Below, piece by piece: positions 28,738 to 38,437 of a stretch of DNA of 64,000 bases (the first letter of the stretch is position 1; each line of letters starts with the position of its first letter). The position numbers and the translations under genes were made by a program. The notes under the pieces were generated by a model. It was not told the DNA's origin and ran no database searches. It saw only the letters and a list, made by a program, of their open reading frames with translations. Source of the DNA: Bacillota bacterium (GTDB taxonomy: Bacteria > Bacillota > JAAYKD01). The DNA lies in contig OY762825.2 of NCBI GenBank assembly GCA_963666425.2, positions 704,001-768,000 on the forward strand. Direction: 5' to 3'.

Positions 28738-30450
28738 CTACTTTCTATAATCAGGTTGACAGTAAAATTTGTTTAATGGTCTACCACGTAAATCAATATA
28801 AAAGCCACAGATTCCTATATCCACATTTCTAGATTGTTTCTTTTGTGACCATTTAGCAGTGCCAAATACTGTTATTTCTATATCTAAAGCTTCAAATTCG
28901 TCTGGCTGGTAACAAATTAACTCGCCCCATAAGCCAACGATCTCGTTTGTAAAGCCACTACTATTTGAAAATCTAATCATAAGCGCTTTAGTACCTTCTA
29001 CTCCATACCCCGTTGGTGCTATTACAGTTCCTAAGGTTAATAAGCATTCGGACGAAGCTATATGAATTGCCGCTTCAACGTCAAGCTTTGAAAATATTCC
29101 AAGATGTGGCAACATGAAATTTGTATCGACCATTAAATAAGTTAATCCAACAGGTTCAAAAGCATCAATCAGAATTTGCGCAGTCTGCCTTTTTTGTGGT
29201 GCATGTGAAAGAGCTCCTCCGGAACCAATAATTGTATTATAACTTTCAATTGTTACCTTTTGATCATGTTCGATTAATTCATTTTGAGCAAATACTTGCT
29301 TCTTATTTGATTTAGCGATTTCAACATGATCCACAAAAGCCAACCGTAAAGCTTCTCTGCAAACACTTTGCTCCACAAGTAATTCTTCCTCTGTTACCGG
29401 CAATTTTGTTGGTCTGATGAGCTTATTGCCAATGATATCCAACATTTCTTTACGTTCTATTCGCCCAGCAGGAAGCCAACGCTGCAAATTATCATAGCCG
29501 GCTATTGTTGTTACATGCCCAATACTATAACTCATACCGTAATTTGCACTAACCGTTCGATGTAGTTTTCCATCTAGGATTGAAAATACATCCGTTGTGG
29601 CACCTCCAATGTCAATACATAGAAGATTTTTATTCTTTTGTTTAGCATAAGCAGTCAATATCTCCCCAACTGCGACTGGTGTAGGTAACATTTCAATGGA
29701 TACGACCTCTTTTAACTGAGCATATCCTGGAGCGTGCTCCATTACATGCTCAATAAATAAACTATGAATTGCATTTCGGGTTGGCTCAATGTTTTCATCC
29801 TGAAAGGTTGGCCTTAGATTTTCTACCACTTTAACAGTAAACCGATCACCAAGAAGATCGTTCACCATGTCTACCGCTTTTGATGTACCGGCATATATGA
29901 TCGGCAGCGTATATTGGTATCCAAATTTCGATTTTGGTTGAGCTGACCGTATGAAATCACACATTTCAATGAGGAATAATCCTGGTTCAGCTCCTTCAAC
30001 ACCACCTGACAACAGGATAATATCAGGTTTAAGACTCCTGAGCTTCTCTAATCTCTGAAACAGACTTCTGCCATCGTCAGCTGAAAAAACATCTAAAAGT
30101 ACCGCGCCGCCACCCAAAGCTGCTCTTTGTGCACTTATAGCTGAAATCCTACCAACATGACCACAAACGACCATTTGCAGACCTCCGCCAGCTGAACTGG
30201 TAGAAAGATACTTAGCATTAATAATGTCAAAATGGTCAATGTCACCTTGAAGTAAAGATAAGTTACACTTTTTCTCCAATTGTTCAACCGAATTCCATAC
30301 TCCAATCATTACGTCATTATATGGGTTTTCGACTGTTGTCGAAGCTTCACCATGACTCACCAAACTCCATGCTCCATCTATTTCTTGGAAGAGTAAAGCC
30401 TTGGTTGTGGTACTTCCAATATCTGTAATTAATATATATTTTATACTCAA
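28738..30450 (-). CDS. Glutamate mutase L (GlmL)-like ASKHA ATPase
   Basis: TDIGSTTTK, SSAGGGL, MLPTP and DIGGATTDVFS motifs; probable TTG start at 30450 after AAGGAGG. Confidence 0.85.
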   Translation of the reverse strand: MSIKYILITDIGSTTTKALLFQEIDGAWSLVSHGEASTTVENPYNDVMIGVWNSVEQLEKKCNLSLLQGDIDHFDIINAKYLSTSSAGGGLQMVVCGHVGRISAISAQRAALGGGAVLLDVFSADDGRSLFQRLEKLRSLKPDIILLSGGVEGAEPGLFLIEMCDFIRSAQPKSKFGYQYTLPIIYAGTSKAVDMVNDLLGDRFTVKVVENLRPTFQDENIEPTRNAIHSLFIEHVMEHAPGYAQLKEVVSIEMLPTPVAVGEILTAYAKQKNKNLLCIDIGGATTDVFSILDGKLHRTVSANYGMSYSIGHVTTIAGYDNLQRWLPAGRIERKEMLDIIGNKLIRPTKLPVTEEELLVEQSVCREALRLAFVDHVEIAKSNKKQVFAQNELIEHDQKVTIESYNTIIGSGGALSHAPQKRQTAQILIDAFEPVGLTYLMVDTNFMLPHLGIFSKLDVEAAIHIASSECLLTLGTVIAPTGYGVEGTKALMIRFSNSSGFTNEIVGLWGELICYQPDEFEALDIEITVFGTAKWSQKKQSRNVDIGICGFYIDLRGRPLNKFYCQPDYRK

Positions 30451-30461
30451 AGTATCCCTCC

Positions 30462-31265
30462 TTAGCTTTCCGAGTTTATTATTCTTTTTTCCCAAAACTT
30501 CCTGTGGTCTCCATAAATTATCAAGCAACCTGTAAAATACTCATTGCTTGTTGTATGGAAGATTCTGGGTAGATACCGTTTCTTTGTCCGTCGAGTGGTA
30601 ACAATTTCTCTTTGCACTAGTTGCTCCCACAGAAGCTGACTGAATATTCGGAAAGATTCGATACTTTCATTGTCATGAAAAATATTTTTTTTAGACATGG
30701 CATATGAATCAATCAATTCTTTCGGCTTAATTGTTGAACAAACCCAACTATTCCATTGTGTATCAAATTTTTCTAAGTCAAGTAATGGCATAGTGATATC
30801 TCCAGCTCTCGTGATATCATGACCCAATTGAAGCAAAACATCATACGCTTTAGCGTAACGAATGACCTTTCCTTCATTGTTTAAAGAACGCATCATCTGA
30901 CAAAAGGACGGTAGTAACAACTCTTTAAATATCCTTCGTTCTTCCAATACTCCGGAAGTTGACAGTAATACTAGAAGAACATTTTTATGATATGGTACTG
31001 AAAAGCATAACCAAGGCATAGTATCTTCGGATGCTTTTTCAACTAATACAGATCGCAAAGAATCAGGGACAGAAAAAGAATGGATCCAACCTTGCCACAA
31101 AAGGACTTGGATACCAATAAATCCGACTAACGATGAAAAAACGGTTTCTTGATTCTCCATAAAATTTTCTCTTATACCTGATAAATCGGAAGACCAAGTT
31201 TCGGAAATTCTACCAGCTAAAGTCTGTAATTCTCTTTTATCAATCACTTTAACGATCCTCCTCAA
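30462..31265 (-). CDS. Hypothetical protein
   Basis: 267-aa ORF packed between operon genes; no motif recognised. Confidence 0.6.
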   Translation of the reverse strand: MRRIVKVIDKRELQTLAGRISETWSSDLSGIRENFMENQETVFSSLVGFIGIQVLLWQGWIHSFSVPDSLRSVLVEKASEDTMPWLCFSVPYHKNVLLVLLSTSGVLEERRIFKELLLPSFCQMMRSLNNEGKVIRYAKAYDVLLQLGHDITRAGDITMPLLDLEKFDTQWNSWVCSTIKPKELIDSYAMSKKNIFHDNESIESFRIFSQLLWEQLVQREIVTTRRTKKRYLPRIFHTTSNEYFTGCLIIYGDHRKFWEKRIINSES

Positions 31266-32319
31266 AAGGTATTAATATTCGGGGGCGTATAACACCCGCT
31301 CTAAATTGGGTAGCTCCATCAATAGAGATTTCCCTTCCACAGTGTTGCCTTAAATGCATATAGGTATTCAAATCCATGATTTGGCCAAATCCTTGCATAA
31401 TTATTATGGTAAAAGGAATTTCTAACCTATGACCATGCAACTCTAGGGGGTCTTCGTGACTGAATTGATGTAAAACATCCAAGTCAATTGAACCCAATAT
31501 AAGACCTTTTGCTTCAAAAATTGCTAATTGTTCAAGAGCAGTCAAATCTACTCCACCTCTATGAAGGATCACTTTATCCTTGACTACATCCGTTATTTGC
31601 TCCCCGGTCAAATCTGTAGTGGTATTCGAACAGATCATTAATTTTCCAACGTTTTCATTACCAAATCCTATCAGCCCTTGATACTCCTCACCATAGGATT
31701 CTATTGTCACTTCACCGTCCGCTAAGATGCCTTTCACCACTCCAGTCATGTGTGCGAAGAGTTCGGTGGATTGATATAAGGGAACTAAAACAAAATAACC
31801 TTCTGTCAAAGATACTTCCCGAATCCGCCCTACAGCCGGAGATATAATAGGCGGTTTCGTGTTATGTATAAGCACTCTACCCTTATCAACAATTGTACCT
31901 TGTTTTACCGTGATACCAGTAGTAAAAGTAATTTTTGAGATTCCTAATTCTTCTGCAGAAAACCTAATTGGTTCTTTCGGACCTGAAGGCAAAGGTTCAC
32001 GTATAAAAACAACTCCCATGTATTTCGATAGCAAGGCTAGATACCCAGAAATGGGACTTCTTACTTGTAAACGCGAATAAAACAATTCGTTTACAGCTAT
32101 CACCTGATCTTTTTCGACCCATTCACCAATTTTAGGTAGAATGGCACTATCGATGTTTTGCCCATCAATACCAAGTGGTTCTGCAATAGGGATACGGTGC
32201 ATTTGACCAGGAATATAATTCATTTTACCGATAACGGAATTATGCCTTACCTGATCTTCCAAACTCACTAATATCTTACCTGGAGCAACTAATTTTCTTA
32301 TAACCGAAATTTTACGCAT
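31249..32319 (-). CDS. Hypothetical protein with repeated barrel-sandwich-hybrid-like motifs, resembling GlmL-associated proteins
   Basis: IGEWVEKDQVIA...VRSPISG and VKQGTIVDKG...ISPAVGRI segments; QGLIGFG and C-terminal DGATQFRAGVIRPRI. Confidence 0.65.
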   Translation of the reverse strand: MRKISVIRKLVAPGKILVSLEDQVRHNSVIGKMNYIPGQMHRIPIAEPLGIDGQNIDSAILPKIGEWVEKDQVIAVNELFYSRLQVRSPISGYLALLSKYMGVVFIREPLPSGPKEPIRFSAEELGISKITFTTGITVKQGTIVDKGRVLIHNTKPPIISPAVGRIREVSLTEGYFVLVPLYQSTELFAHMTGVVKGILADGEVTIESYGEEYQGLIGFGNENVGKLMICSNTTTDLTGEQITDVVKDKVILHRGGVDLTALEQLAIFEAKGLILGSIDLDVLHQFSHEDPLELHGHRLEIPFTIIIMQGFGQIMDLNTYMHLRQHCGREISIDGATQFRAGVIRPRILIPFEEDR

Positions 32320-32514
32320 GCTATACCCTTCTTTCTATACAAGGGAAAAAAATATACTACTTATATCATATTCGATACAAGTAGTATTGTAAATTATAAA
32401 CAGTTTAACCATAGCTTAAACTTTTTTATTGTTTATATTCTTTATTCAATAATTGTTATTTAATCTTACTACAATGAACAATATTATCCAATTTGTGGGG
32501 AAGGATGTAATAAC

Positions 32515-32560
32515 TGTCAACGCCGGAATAAATTTAACCTAAAACGCCGATCAAAACAGG
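32515..32560 (+). mobile_element. Isolated IS21-like terminal fragment (TGTCAACGCCG...AAAACGCCG)
   Basis: TGTCA start with an internal AACGCCG repeat, as recalled for IS21-family ends; marks the edge of the AT-rich segment. Confidence 0.45.
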
Positions 32561-32753
32561 CCGTGTATTGTCATGAAAAAATCCCGGGAATTATCACAGA
32601 CAATCCCGGGAAAACTCATGAGGATTATGTTGCTGCCAAGTAGCTTTGGCCGCAAACTAACAGGAACATTTGACCGCACTTTGACAGCAATCGTGACCGC
32701 TTGAGGGTAAGCAGGTTGGCGGTGCCAACCTGCTTAGGAAGAGCCAAAAGCTC

Positions 32754-33506
32754 TTAACTCATTTCACCTTCTATCACCAGACGAATCATATGGTCATCAA
32801 TAATCCGGTGTTTACCAGTTGCACCATACAATAAGCAATTGGTGCAGAGCTTGTTAATCAGGCGCGGGATACCGGTAGAATAAAGATAGATCTCTTGGAC
32901 CGCCGCATCGGTAAAGAGATCCCGCTCCACTCCGGCATAACGTAACTGGCTTTGGATATCAATGCGCTGCCGGATAGCCGCAAAGGCTTTCAGTTCCAAC
33001 CGGTCCCATAATTCACTTTGACCTACCAAAATCAGAGCAAGCGGCGAAATGGAATCCATCTTAAAGTTTAGCAGAAAGCGAACCTCCTCCAGCATCTCTT
33101 TGTCGAGAAGATGGGCTTCGTCTACTACTACCACCAGTTTGAGCTTTTGTAAGCCGCGAATCAGTTCAATTTCATGGTGCAGCTTTCTTCTGGCATCTCC
33201 ACGGTAAAAAGCACCGTTTTGTCCTAATTGGGATAAGAGGCCGTTGTAGAAATGGCGTGGAGTTAACTTGGAATCTGTCAAGTAAAGCAGGATAAAGCTG
33301 TTTTCATCCAAGCTTTCTTTGAGTTTGCGCACTAAGGTGGTTTTGCCGGTGCCGCATTCACCGGTTAAAACGGCGAACAGCTGGTGCTCCGCCGCATAAC
33401 GCAAGCGCCCCAGGGTTTCTTCCAGCATGCCGCTGGGGTAGAGTGACTGAGTCGTAATTTCTCGGGAAAACGGCGTTCTTTCGCATTGGTAGAAGCTTTC
33501 ATACAT
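32754..33506 (-). CDS. ExeA-family AAA ATPase of a transposon, possibly carrying an internal in-frame deletion
   Basis: GECGTGKT, VVVDEAH, LILVGQ and GIPRLINKLC motifs; the segment between RQRIDIQ and RYAG looks short. Confidence 0.8.
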   Translation of the reverse strand: MYESFYQCERTPFSREITTQSLYPSGMLEETLGRLRYAAEHQLFAVLTGECGTGKTTLVRKLKESLDENSFILLYLTDSKLTPRHFYNGLLSQLGQNGAFYRGDARRKLHHEIELIRGLQKLKLVVVVDEAHLLDKEMLEEVRFLLNFKMDSISPLALILVGQSELWDRLELKAFAAIRQRIDIQSQLRYAGVERDLFTDAAVQEIYLYSTGIPRLINKLCTNCLLYGATGKHRIIDDHMIRLVIEGEMS

Positions 33507-33775
33507 GGCGGTCTTCTCCTAAATCACGAAAGGAAATGGCATTCTTTTGTTGCTTTTCCCGTATTTGGTTTTTCAGCTTCGCCGCTGTCAGATAGCGGGA
33601 TTGAGCGGGTTGCTCCACTTTACCCACAGGTAAGACAGGTCGGCTAGCGGATCTCGAACCTATTTGTAATGGTTTGGCGGTTAAACGCGGCAAGTCATCC
33701 GCTTCCACCCAGAACAGATCCGGGGCTTGGCTGTCATAAAGCAACGTGACTTTACGGCCTACCAAGAGTAAGCCA
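33499..33775 (-). pseudogene. C-terminal fragment of a Mu-like DDE transposase
   Basis: VGRKVTLLYD SH3-like tail and a C-terminal AISFR coupled to the ATPase; no catalytic domain present. Confidence 0.65.
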
Positions 33776-33839
33776 AAGCAATCGTAGCATTGTTAAAAAA
33801 TCAATGCAAATATAACTATTTAAAAAAACATAAAAATGT

Positions 33840-34775
33840 TTAATCTTGTTTCCTCAAAAACCTATTCATTCTTTCCTGCATTTTATGTCTCGCTTGTATA
33901 GCATCATAACCGTCTTTGGCATATTCCTCCGGTAACCAATTAATTGAGTCCTTTAATATTTCAGTAATTTCCTTGTGATCGTGTTTTAGTAATAAAATAC
34001 GATATAATACTTCATGTGCTCTAATAATAATCGATGCATTATAGTTTAAGCGTTTTTTTAAAATCAACAGCAAATCACTTATTGCCTCATCCAACTGACC
34101 AGCATTCCGTTTGCATTCAGCAAGAAGAATATCAAACTCCGGTGATAACCATTCTTCTTGCGATTTTTTGCATAATTGCAGTGCATCTAGACTGTGCCCT
34201 GTTATTAAGAAACCTTGAATTAGCTTAAATCGATTCATTAAAGAAGGAGCAATTTCATTTTCCTTTTTTAGTAGTTCTAAAACAAATGCTCCACCTTCAT
34301 ATAGAACCTGCAACTGTAATTTTTGACGGATGATACGAAATGTCATAGATTGATGATTATCTCCATAATTGCTTTCAAATGAATCGAAGCGACGTATCAG
34401 TTGATGGGACTGATGGGTAATGTGTGTCATCTCCATAGATAATAGTCTAAACTCCATTTCAGCATCTGATGATATCTTATCGTTAAGTTTAACTAAGTCT
34501 AGTGCCTTTGCATATTCATCTAAATCTAAATCGAAAAAGTATTTTGTAATAGACTGTTTGATTCTATCTTTGCTACTGTACAGCATAATACTATCAATAG
34601 TGGTATTTAGAACTGTTGCCAATGACGGCAACAGCTCACTTGCAGGCAGATTTCTTCCCTGTTCCCAATTGTATATGGTAGTGCTGGTCACACCCAATTG
34701 AGATGCCAACTCGCTTGAAGTCATATTTTTACTCTCCCTCAATTCACGAATTCGATCTCCAATGAATTGCTTCAC
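33840..34775 (-). CDS. XRE-family HTH regulator with a helical/TPR-like C-terminus
   Basis: IRELRESKNMT..ELA..LGVT..TIYNWEQGRNLP; LAECKRNAGQLDEAI is TPR-like. Confidence 0.8.
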   Translation of the reverse strand: MKQFIGDRIRELRESKNMTSSELASQLGVTSTTIYNWEQGRNLPASELLPSLATVLNTTIDSIMLYSSKDRIKQSITKYFFDLDLDEYAKALDLVKLNDKISSDAEMEFRLLSMEMTHITHQSHQLIRRFDSFESNYGDNHQSMTFRIIRQKLQLQVLYEGGAFVLELLKKENEIAPSLMNRFKLIQGFLITGHSLDALQLCKKSQEEWLSPEFDILLAECKRNAGQLDEAISDLLLILKKRLNYNASIIIRAHEVLYRILLLKHDHKEITEILKDSINWLPEEYAKDGYDAIQARHKMQERMNRFLRKQD

Positions 34776-34853
34776 AAAGAAACCCCCTTTATTATATTAC
34801 TTTTGCTTAAATTTCTCCATTATTTGTGTAAAATCCTTTTGATAGAAAAATAA

Positions 34854-35525
34854 AGACTAACTATTAAAAGTCAATCCCCAAAATGAAAAAACCTGTGGAT
34901 AGGCCGCCGCTCTATGACAAGCAGCAGCCAAATGCTGCGGAAAGATCAGCGAGGGCGACGGAGGCAATAAATTACCAGACCCAGCCACCCTTGAGCTTTC
35001 CAGCCTAGCATTTGGCTGCTTCTGCTTGTCAAGGGTTCGCTGCGCCGGCTGAGGTGTACAAGTTGTCGGCGAAGGTTCAAAAGGCAATTATGCTGCTCTT
35101 CGGTAACCTTCACCGGATTTCTGCATTGCGTAGATTAAGCGTATCAACTTCTTGACTGCATGAGAAATAGCGACATTGTAGTGCTTCCCTTCGGCTCGTT
35201 TCTTTGCCAGATATGCGGCGAAGATTGGATCCCAGATACAGACAAACTTTGCGGCATTAAACAGAGCGAAACAGAGATATCGGGAACCGCGTTTCTCCAT
35301 ATGCGAATGGCTGTTATCCATCTTGCTGGATTGGTATGTGGATGGAGACAGGCCTGCAAATGCAAGAATCTTGTCCGGAGAATCGAACTTGGCAAAGTCT
35401 CCAATCTCGGCAAGAATCATTGCTCCCATACGAGTACCCATGCCTGGAATGGTAGTAATTGGAGAATGGAATGCCTGCATAAGCTCGTCAATCTGAGCTT
35501 CAATCTCGTCAATTTTCAGTCGCAC
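34854..35525 (-). pseudogene. IS110 remnant (C-terminal Tnp domain and right end) of a different lineage
   Basis: TIPGMG..ILAEIGD..FAGLSPSTYQS..KRGSRYL; no DEDD domain; ends TTGACT-13nt-CT. Confidence 0.85.
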
Positions 35526-35715
35526 ATATTGCGTTTCTGTGTCATAATTGACATGGTATTTATTTTTGTTCACAACTGAATTGTACCAAAAACAGAGCCG
35601 TTTGTCTGCTTTTGCAGTCATTTCGGCTCTGCTTTTTTGGGATGTTTTTACTACAGCCCCTTAGTGTTGTATAGCAAATAAAAAATTGCTTCTGCATATC
35701 AAACTGATCACGGTT

Positions 35716-36975
35716 TTAAAAGAAAGAAGTGACCGCCAAAACCACGGAAAGACTGACCAAAACGAAAATGGCTGACCAACCGATGATATTCTCGAATCGC
35801 TTATTAACGAATTTCCCCATTACCTCTTTTTTATTGATGATCAGCATCATACAGATGAGAACGACCGGCAGCAAGATTCCATTGATCTCTTGCGATAGTA
35901 AAGAGATTTTAATCAGCGGTGCGTTGGGAATCAGGATAATTCCGGCACCTAAGGCAATAATCACCGTGTATAACCAATAGAATTGCGGAGCATCCTGCCA
36001 TTTTTTATCAATACCAGCCTCAAATCCGAACGCCTCACAGACATAAAATGCGGTTGCCACGGGCAAAATAACCGAAGCAAAAATGGAAGCCACAAATAAA
36101 CCAAAAGCAAAAACCTGTGATGCCAATTCTCCCGCAAAAGGTTTCAGCGCCATGGCAGCATCGCTTGCATCGTTTATTTTAATCCCATTCAGATGCAGAG
36201 TGGATGCACAAGCTATCATAATGAAAAATGCTACCACCACAGTGGCCACACAACCCACCAGGACATCCAGACGCACAAATTTATAATCTTCAATTTTTAA
36301 ACCTTTTTCAATCACAGAAGACTGCATATAAAACTGCATCCAGGGAGCAATTGTTGTTCCGATTAGGGTGATAATCATGGTAATATAAGCAAAATCATAC
36401 TGCATATGCGGTTTGATGAGGGCGGTTCCCACTTCTCCCCAATTTGGGTGTCCCATGATGGCCGCCGCGATGTAGATCAGCAAAGCAAAACTAAAGATTA
36501 AAAATACTTTTTCCGCCGTGCGGTAGGTCCCTTTCACGACCAGCGCCCAAACGGCTATGGCAACGAGTGGGACAGAAATATATTTACTGATGCCAAAAAT
36601 CTGCATACTGCCGGCAACACCGGCAAATTCTGTTGTTGTATTCATAATATCGGCAATCAAAAGACCAACAAAGATAAAAAAGGTAATTTTAACCCCTGCG
36701 TTCTCCCGAATCAAGTCCGCCAATCCTTTGCCCGTTACGATACCCATTCTGGCATTCATTTCCTGAACGATGAACAACACAACAAAAGCCGGAATCAACA
36801 CCCATAATAGTTTATAGCCATAAACAGCGCCAGCCACGGAATAGGTCGTAATTCCGCCCACATCATTATCCACACTGCCGGTAATGATTCCGGGACCAAG
36901 AATGGTCAGAAAGATCATGATATTTCTGATCAGACTGGATTTTTTCTCTTTTGCTATTTTCATATCGGCATTCAT
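35716..36975 (-). CDS. NRAMP-related divalent cation transporter, probably Mg2+ (NrmT-like)
   Basis: GPGII..VDNDVGGITTYS and GTTIAPW motifs; under M-box control. Confidence 0.88.
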   Translation of the reverse strand: MNADMKIAKEKKSSLIRNIMIFLTILGPGIITGSVDNDVGGITTYSVAGAVYGYKLLWVLIPAFVVLFIVQEMNARMGIVTGKGLADLIRENAGVKITFFIFVGLLIADIMNTTTEFAGVAGSMQIFGISKYISVPLVAIAVWALVVKGTYRTAEKVFLIFSFALLIYIAAAIMGHPNWGEVGTALIKPHMQYDFAYITMIITLIGTTIAPWMQFYMQSSVIEKGLKIEDYKFVRLDVLVGCVATVVVAFFIMIACASTLHLNGIKINDASDAAMALKPFAGELASQVFAFGLFVASIFASVILPVATAFYVCEAFGFEAGIDKKWQDAPQFYWLYTVIIALGAGIILIPNAPLIKISLLSQEINGILLPVVLICMMLIINKKEVMGKFVNKRFENIIGWSAIFVLVSLSVVLAVTSFF

Positions 36976-38225
36976 TATATCTTCTTCCTTCTGTTTTTCA
37001 GTAGATTATGCAGCATGTCATTGATGATCACCACGCCCAAAATCTGTTTATCCGAATTCACCACCGGAATGGCCAGAAGATTATACTTGGTAATAATCTC
37101 ATGCAGTGAAGCAATTTTATCATCATCAAATACATAAATGAGATTTGGATTCATAATCTGTTTCAATTCAAGCTCCGGCTCCGCCACGATCAGATCTCGA
37201 AGGGTCACAGTGGCAACCAGCTGATTGAAATCGTTCACGATATACAGATAATAGATCGTATCCGGTTCCGGTTTTAACCTTCTCAATTCTTTGATGGTTG
37301 TTTCCACTGACTGATTTTCGTTGAACAAAACAAACTCGGTAATCATGATGCTGCCAACAGAATTTTCCGGATAGACCAGCAATTCCCGGATATCTTCGGA
37401 AGCTTCTTCTTCCATTTCCATTAACAATTCTTCTACTTTATCATCCCGAAGTTCATCCAGAATGTCAGCGGCTTCGTCAGCGGGCATCTTTTCCAGTAAA
37501 TCTGCTGCTTTATCCACCGGCAGGTTTTCTAAAACACTTCTTTGGATTTGTGGTTCCAATTCTTCGAGAACATCGGCCGCTCTCTCCTCGTCCATCGAGG
37601 AGATCAAAGCAATTTGGGCATATCGATTCATATCCTCGATGATGTCGGCCAGGTCGGATGGATGCAATTTCTCGAGATTTGAATAATCCTTTGACAGTTT
37701 AATCTCTGAATGACCGTCGTCAACCGTTTCCACATCATCCCAGAGAATCAGATGACTCGGCAATTTGATTCCCATTGGCCGTAATAATTTACTGCAGAGC
37801 AGAGCAACCCCAAGCCTTCTCAGAAGTCCTTCGACCCCCACATCAGCCGCAAGCAGAAAGGTTCCATTGGCAATGATCGCAAGTTCGAGATCATTGACTC
37901 TGACCAACTTTCTGCCATCCATGTCAATGATCTGCCTGTCCAGCACATTTTTAGCCAAGAAGAAGACATTTTTGCCCTCGGGTGAATATTCTTTGAGCTC
38001 GGAAGTTTTGATCTGATATTGGTTATTTTGCTTTTCTATTGTAAAACCGGCAAAATCGATAATGATGACTCCTTCTCTGGTGCTCAGCCTGGCAGCGACC
38101 ACCTTGGGTTTGGGAAAATCAATATCGACTACTAAATCTATTAATTTCCCAAGCAGAGTACCTGCTTCGGAGTATACTTTTTCCCCAGCAATGCGGCTGA
38201 AATAAAAAGTTGATGCGATAGGCAT
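36975..38225 (-). CDS. Soluble MgtE-like protein (PRC barrels, MgtE_N and CBS pair; no TM domain)
   Basis: LDRQIIDMDGRKLVRVND, LHPSDLADI and CBS motifs; probable start at 38225 after GGGAGG. Confidence 0.85.
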   Translation of the reverse strand: MPIASTFYFSRIAGEKVYSEAGTLLGKLIDLVVDIDFPKPKVVAARLSTREGVIIIDFAGFTIEKQNNQYQIKTSELKEYSPEGKNVFFLAKNVLDRQIIDMDGRKLVRVNDLELAIIANGTFLLAADVGVEGLLRRLGVALLCSKLLRPMGIKLPSHLILWDDVETVDDGHSEIKLSKDYSNLEKLHPSDLADIIEDMNRYAQIALISSMDEERAADVLEELEPQIQRSVLENLPVDKAADLLEKMPADEAADILDELRDDKVEELLMEMEEEASEDIRELLVYPENSVGSIMITEFVLFNENQSVETTIKELRRLKPEPDTIYYLYIVNDFNQLVATVTLRDLIVAEPELELKQIMNPNLIYVFDDDKIASLHEIITKYNLLAIPVVNSDKQILGVVIINDMLHNLLKNRRKKI

Positions 38226-38291
38226 AGTCATCCCTCCCTCTTCGTTTTCTCTCGGGAGCATGCAAAGGCAAGCGAAACGCTGCTGACTCCA

Positions 38292-38351
38292 CTAGCATCC
38301 TCCCGACCCAGGAGCTGATTTACTTATTCGACTTTCAGGATCGCTGTCCAT
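38292..38351 (-). CDS. Putative leader peptide MDSDPESRISKSAPGSGGC
   Basis: AAAGGAG RBS; lies between the M-box terminator and the MgtE-like gene; homologous segment at 27316-27348. Confidence 0.5.
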   Translation of the reverse strand: MDSDPESRISKSAPGSGGC

Positions 38352-38386
38352 AAAACCAACTCCTTTCTTTGAGAAAACCTGGAGAT

Positions 38387-38428
38387 AAAAAAAGTCTCCA
38401 CCCATGCTTGAATCTGGGTGAAGGCTTG
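38387..38428 (-). terminator. Riboswitch expression-platform terminator
   Basis: AAGCCTTCACCCA...TGGGTGGAGACT stem followed by a T-run on the minus strand. Confidence 0.7.
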
Positions 38429-38437
38429 ACATCCCTT

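Larger units (their letters stand above)
32564..33775 (-). mobile_element. Relic of a Mu-like transposase plus ExeA-type AAA ATPase element
   Basis: GC-richer block with a probable end TGTATTGTCA at 32564 and repeated ATCCCGGGAA motifs; contains the two ORFs below. Confidence 0.6.
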
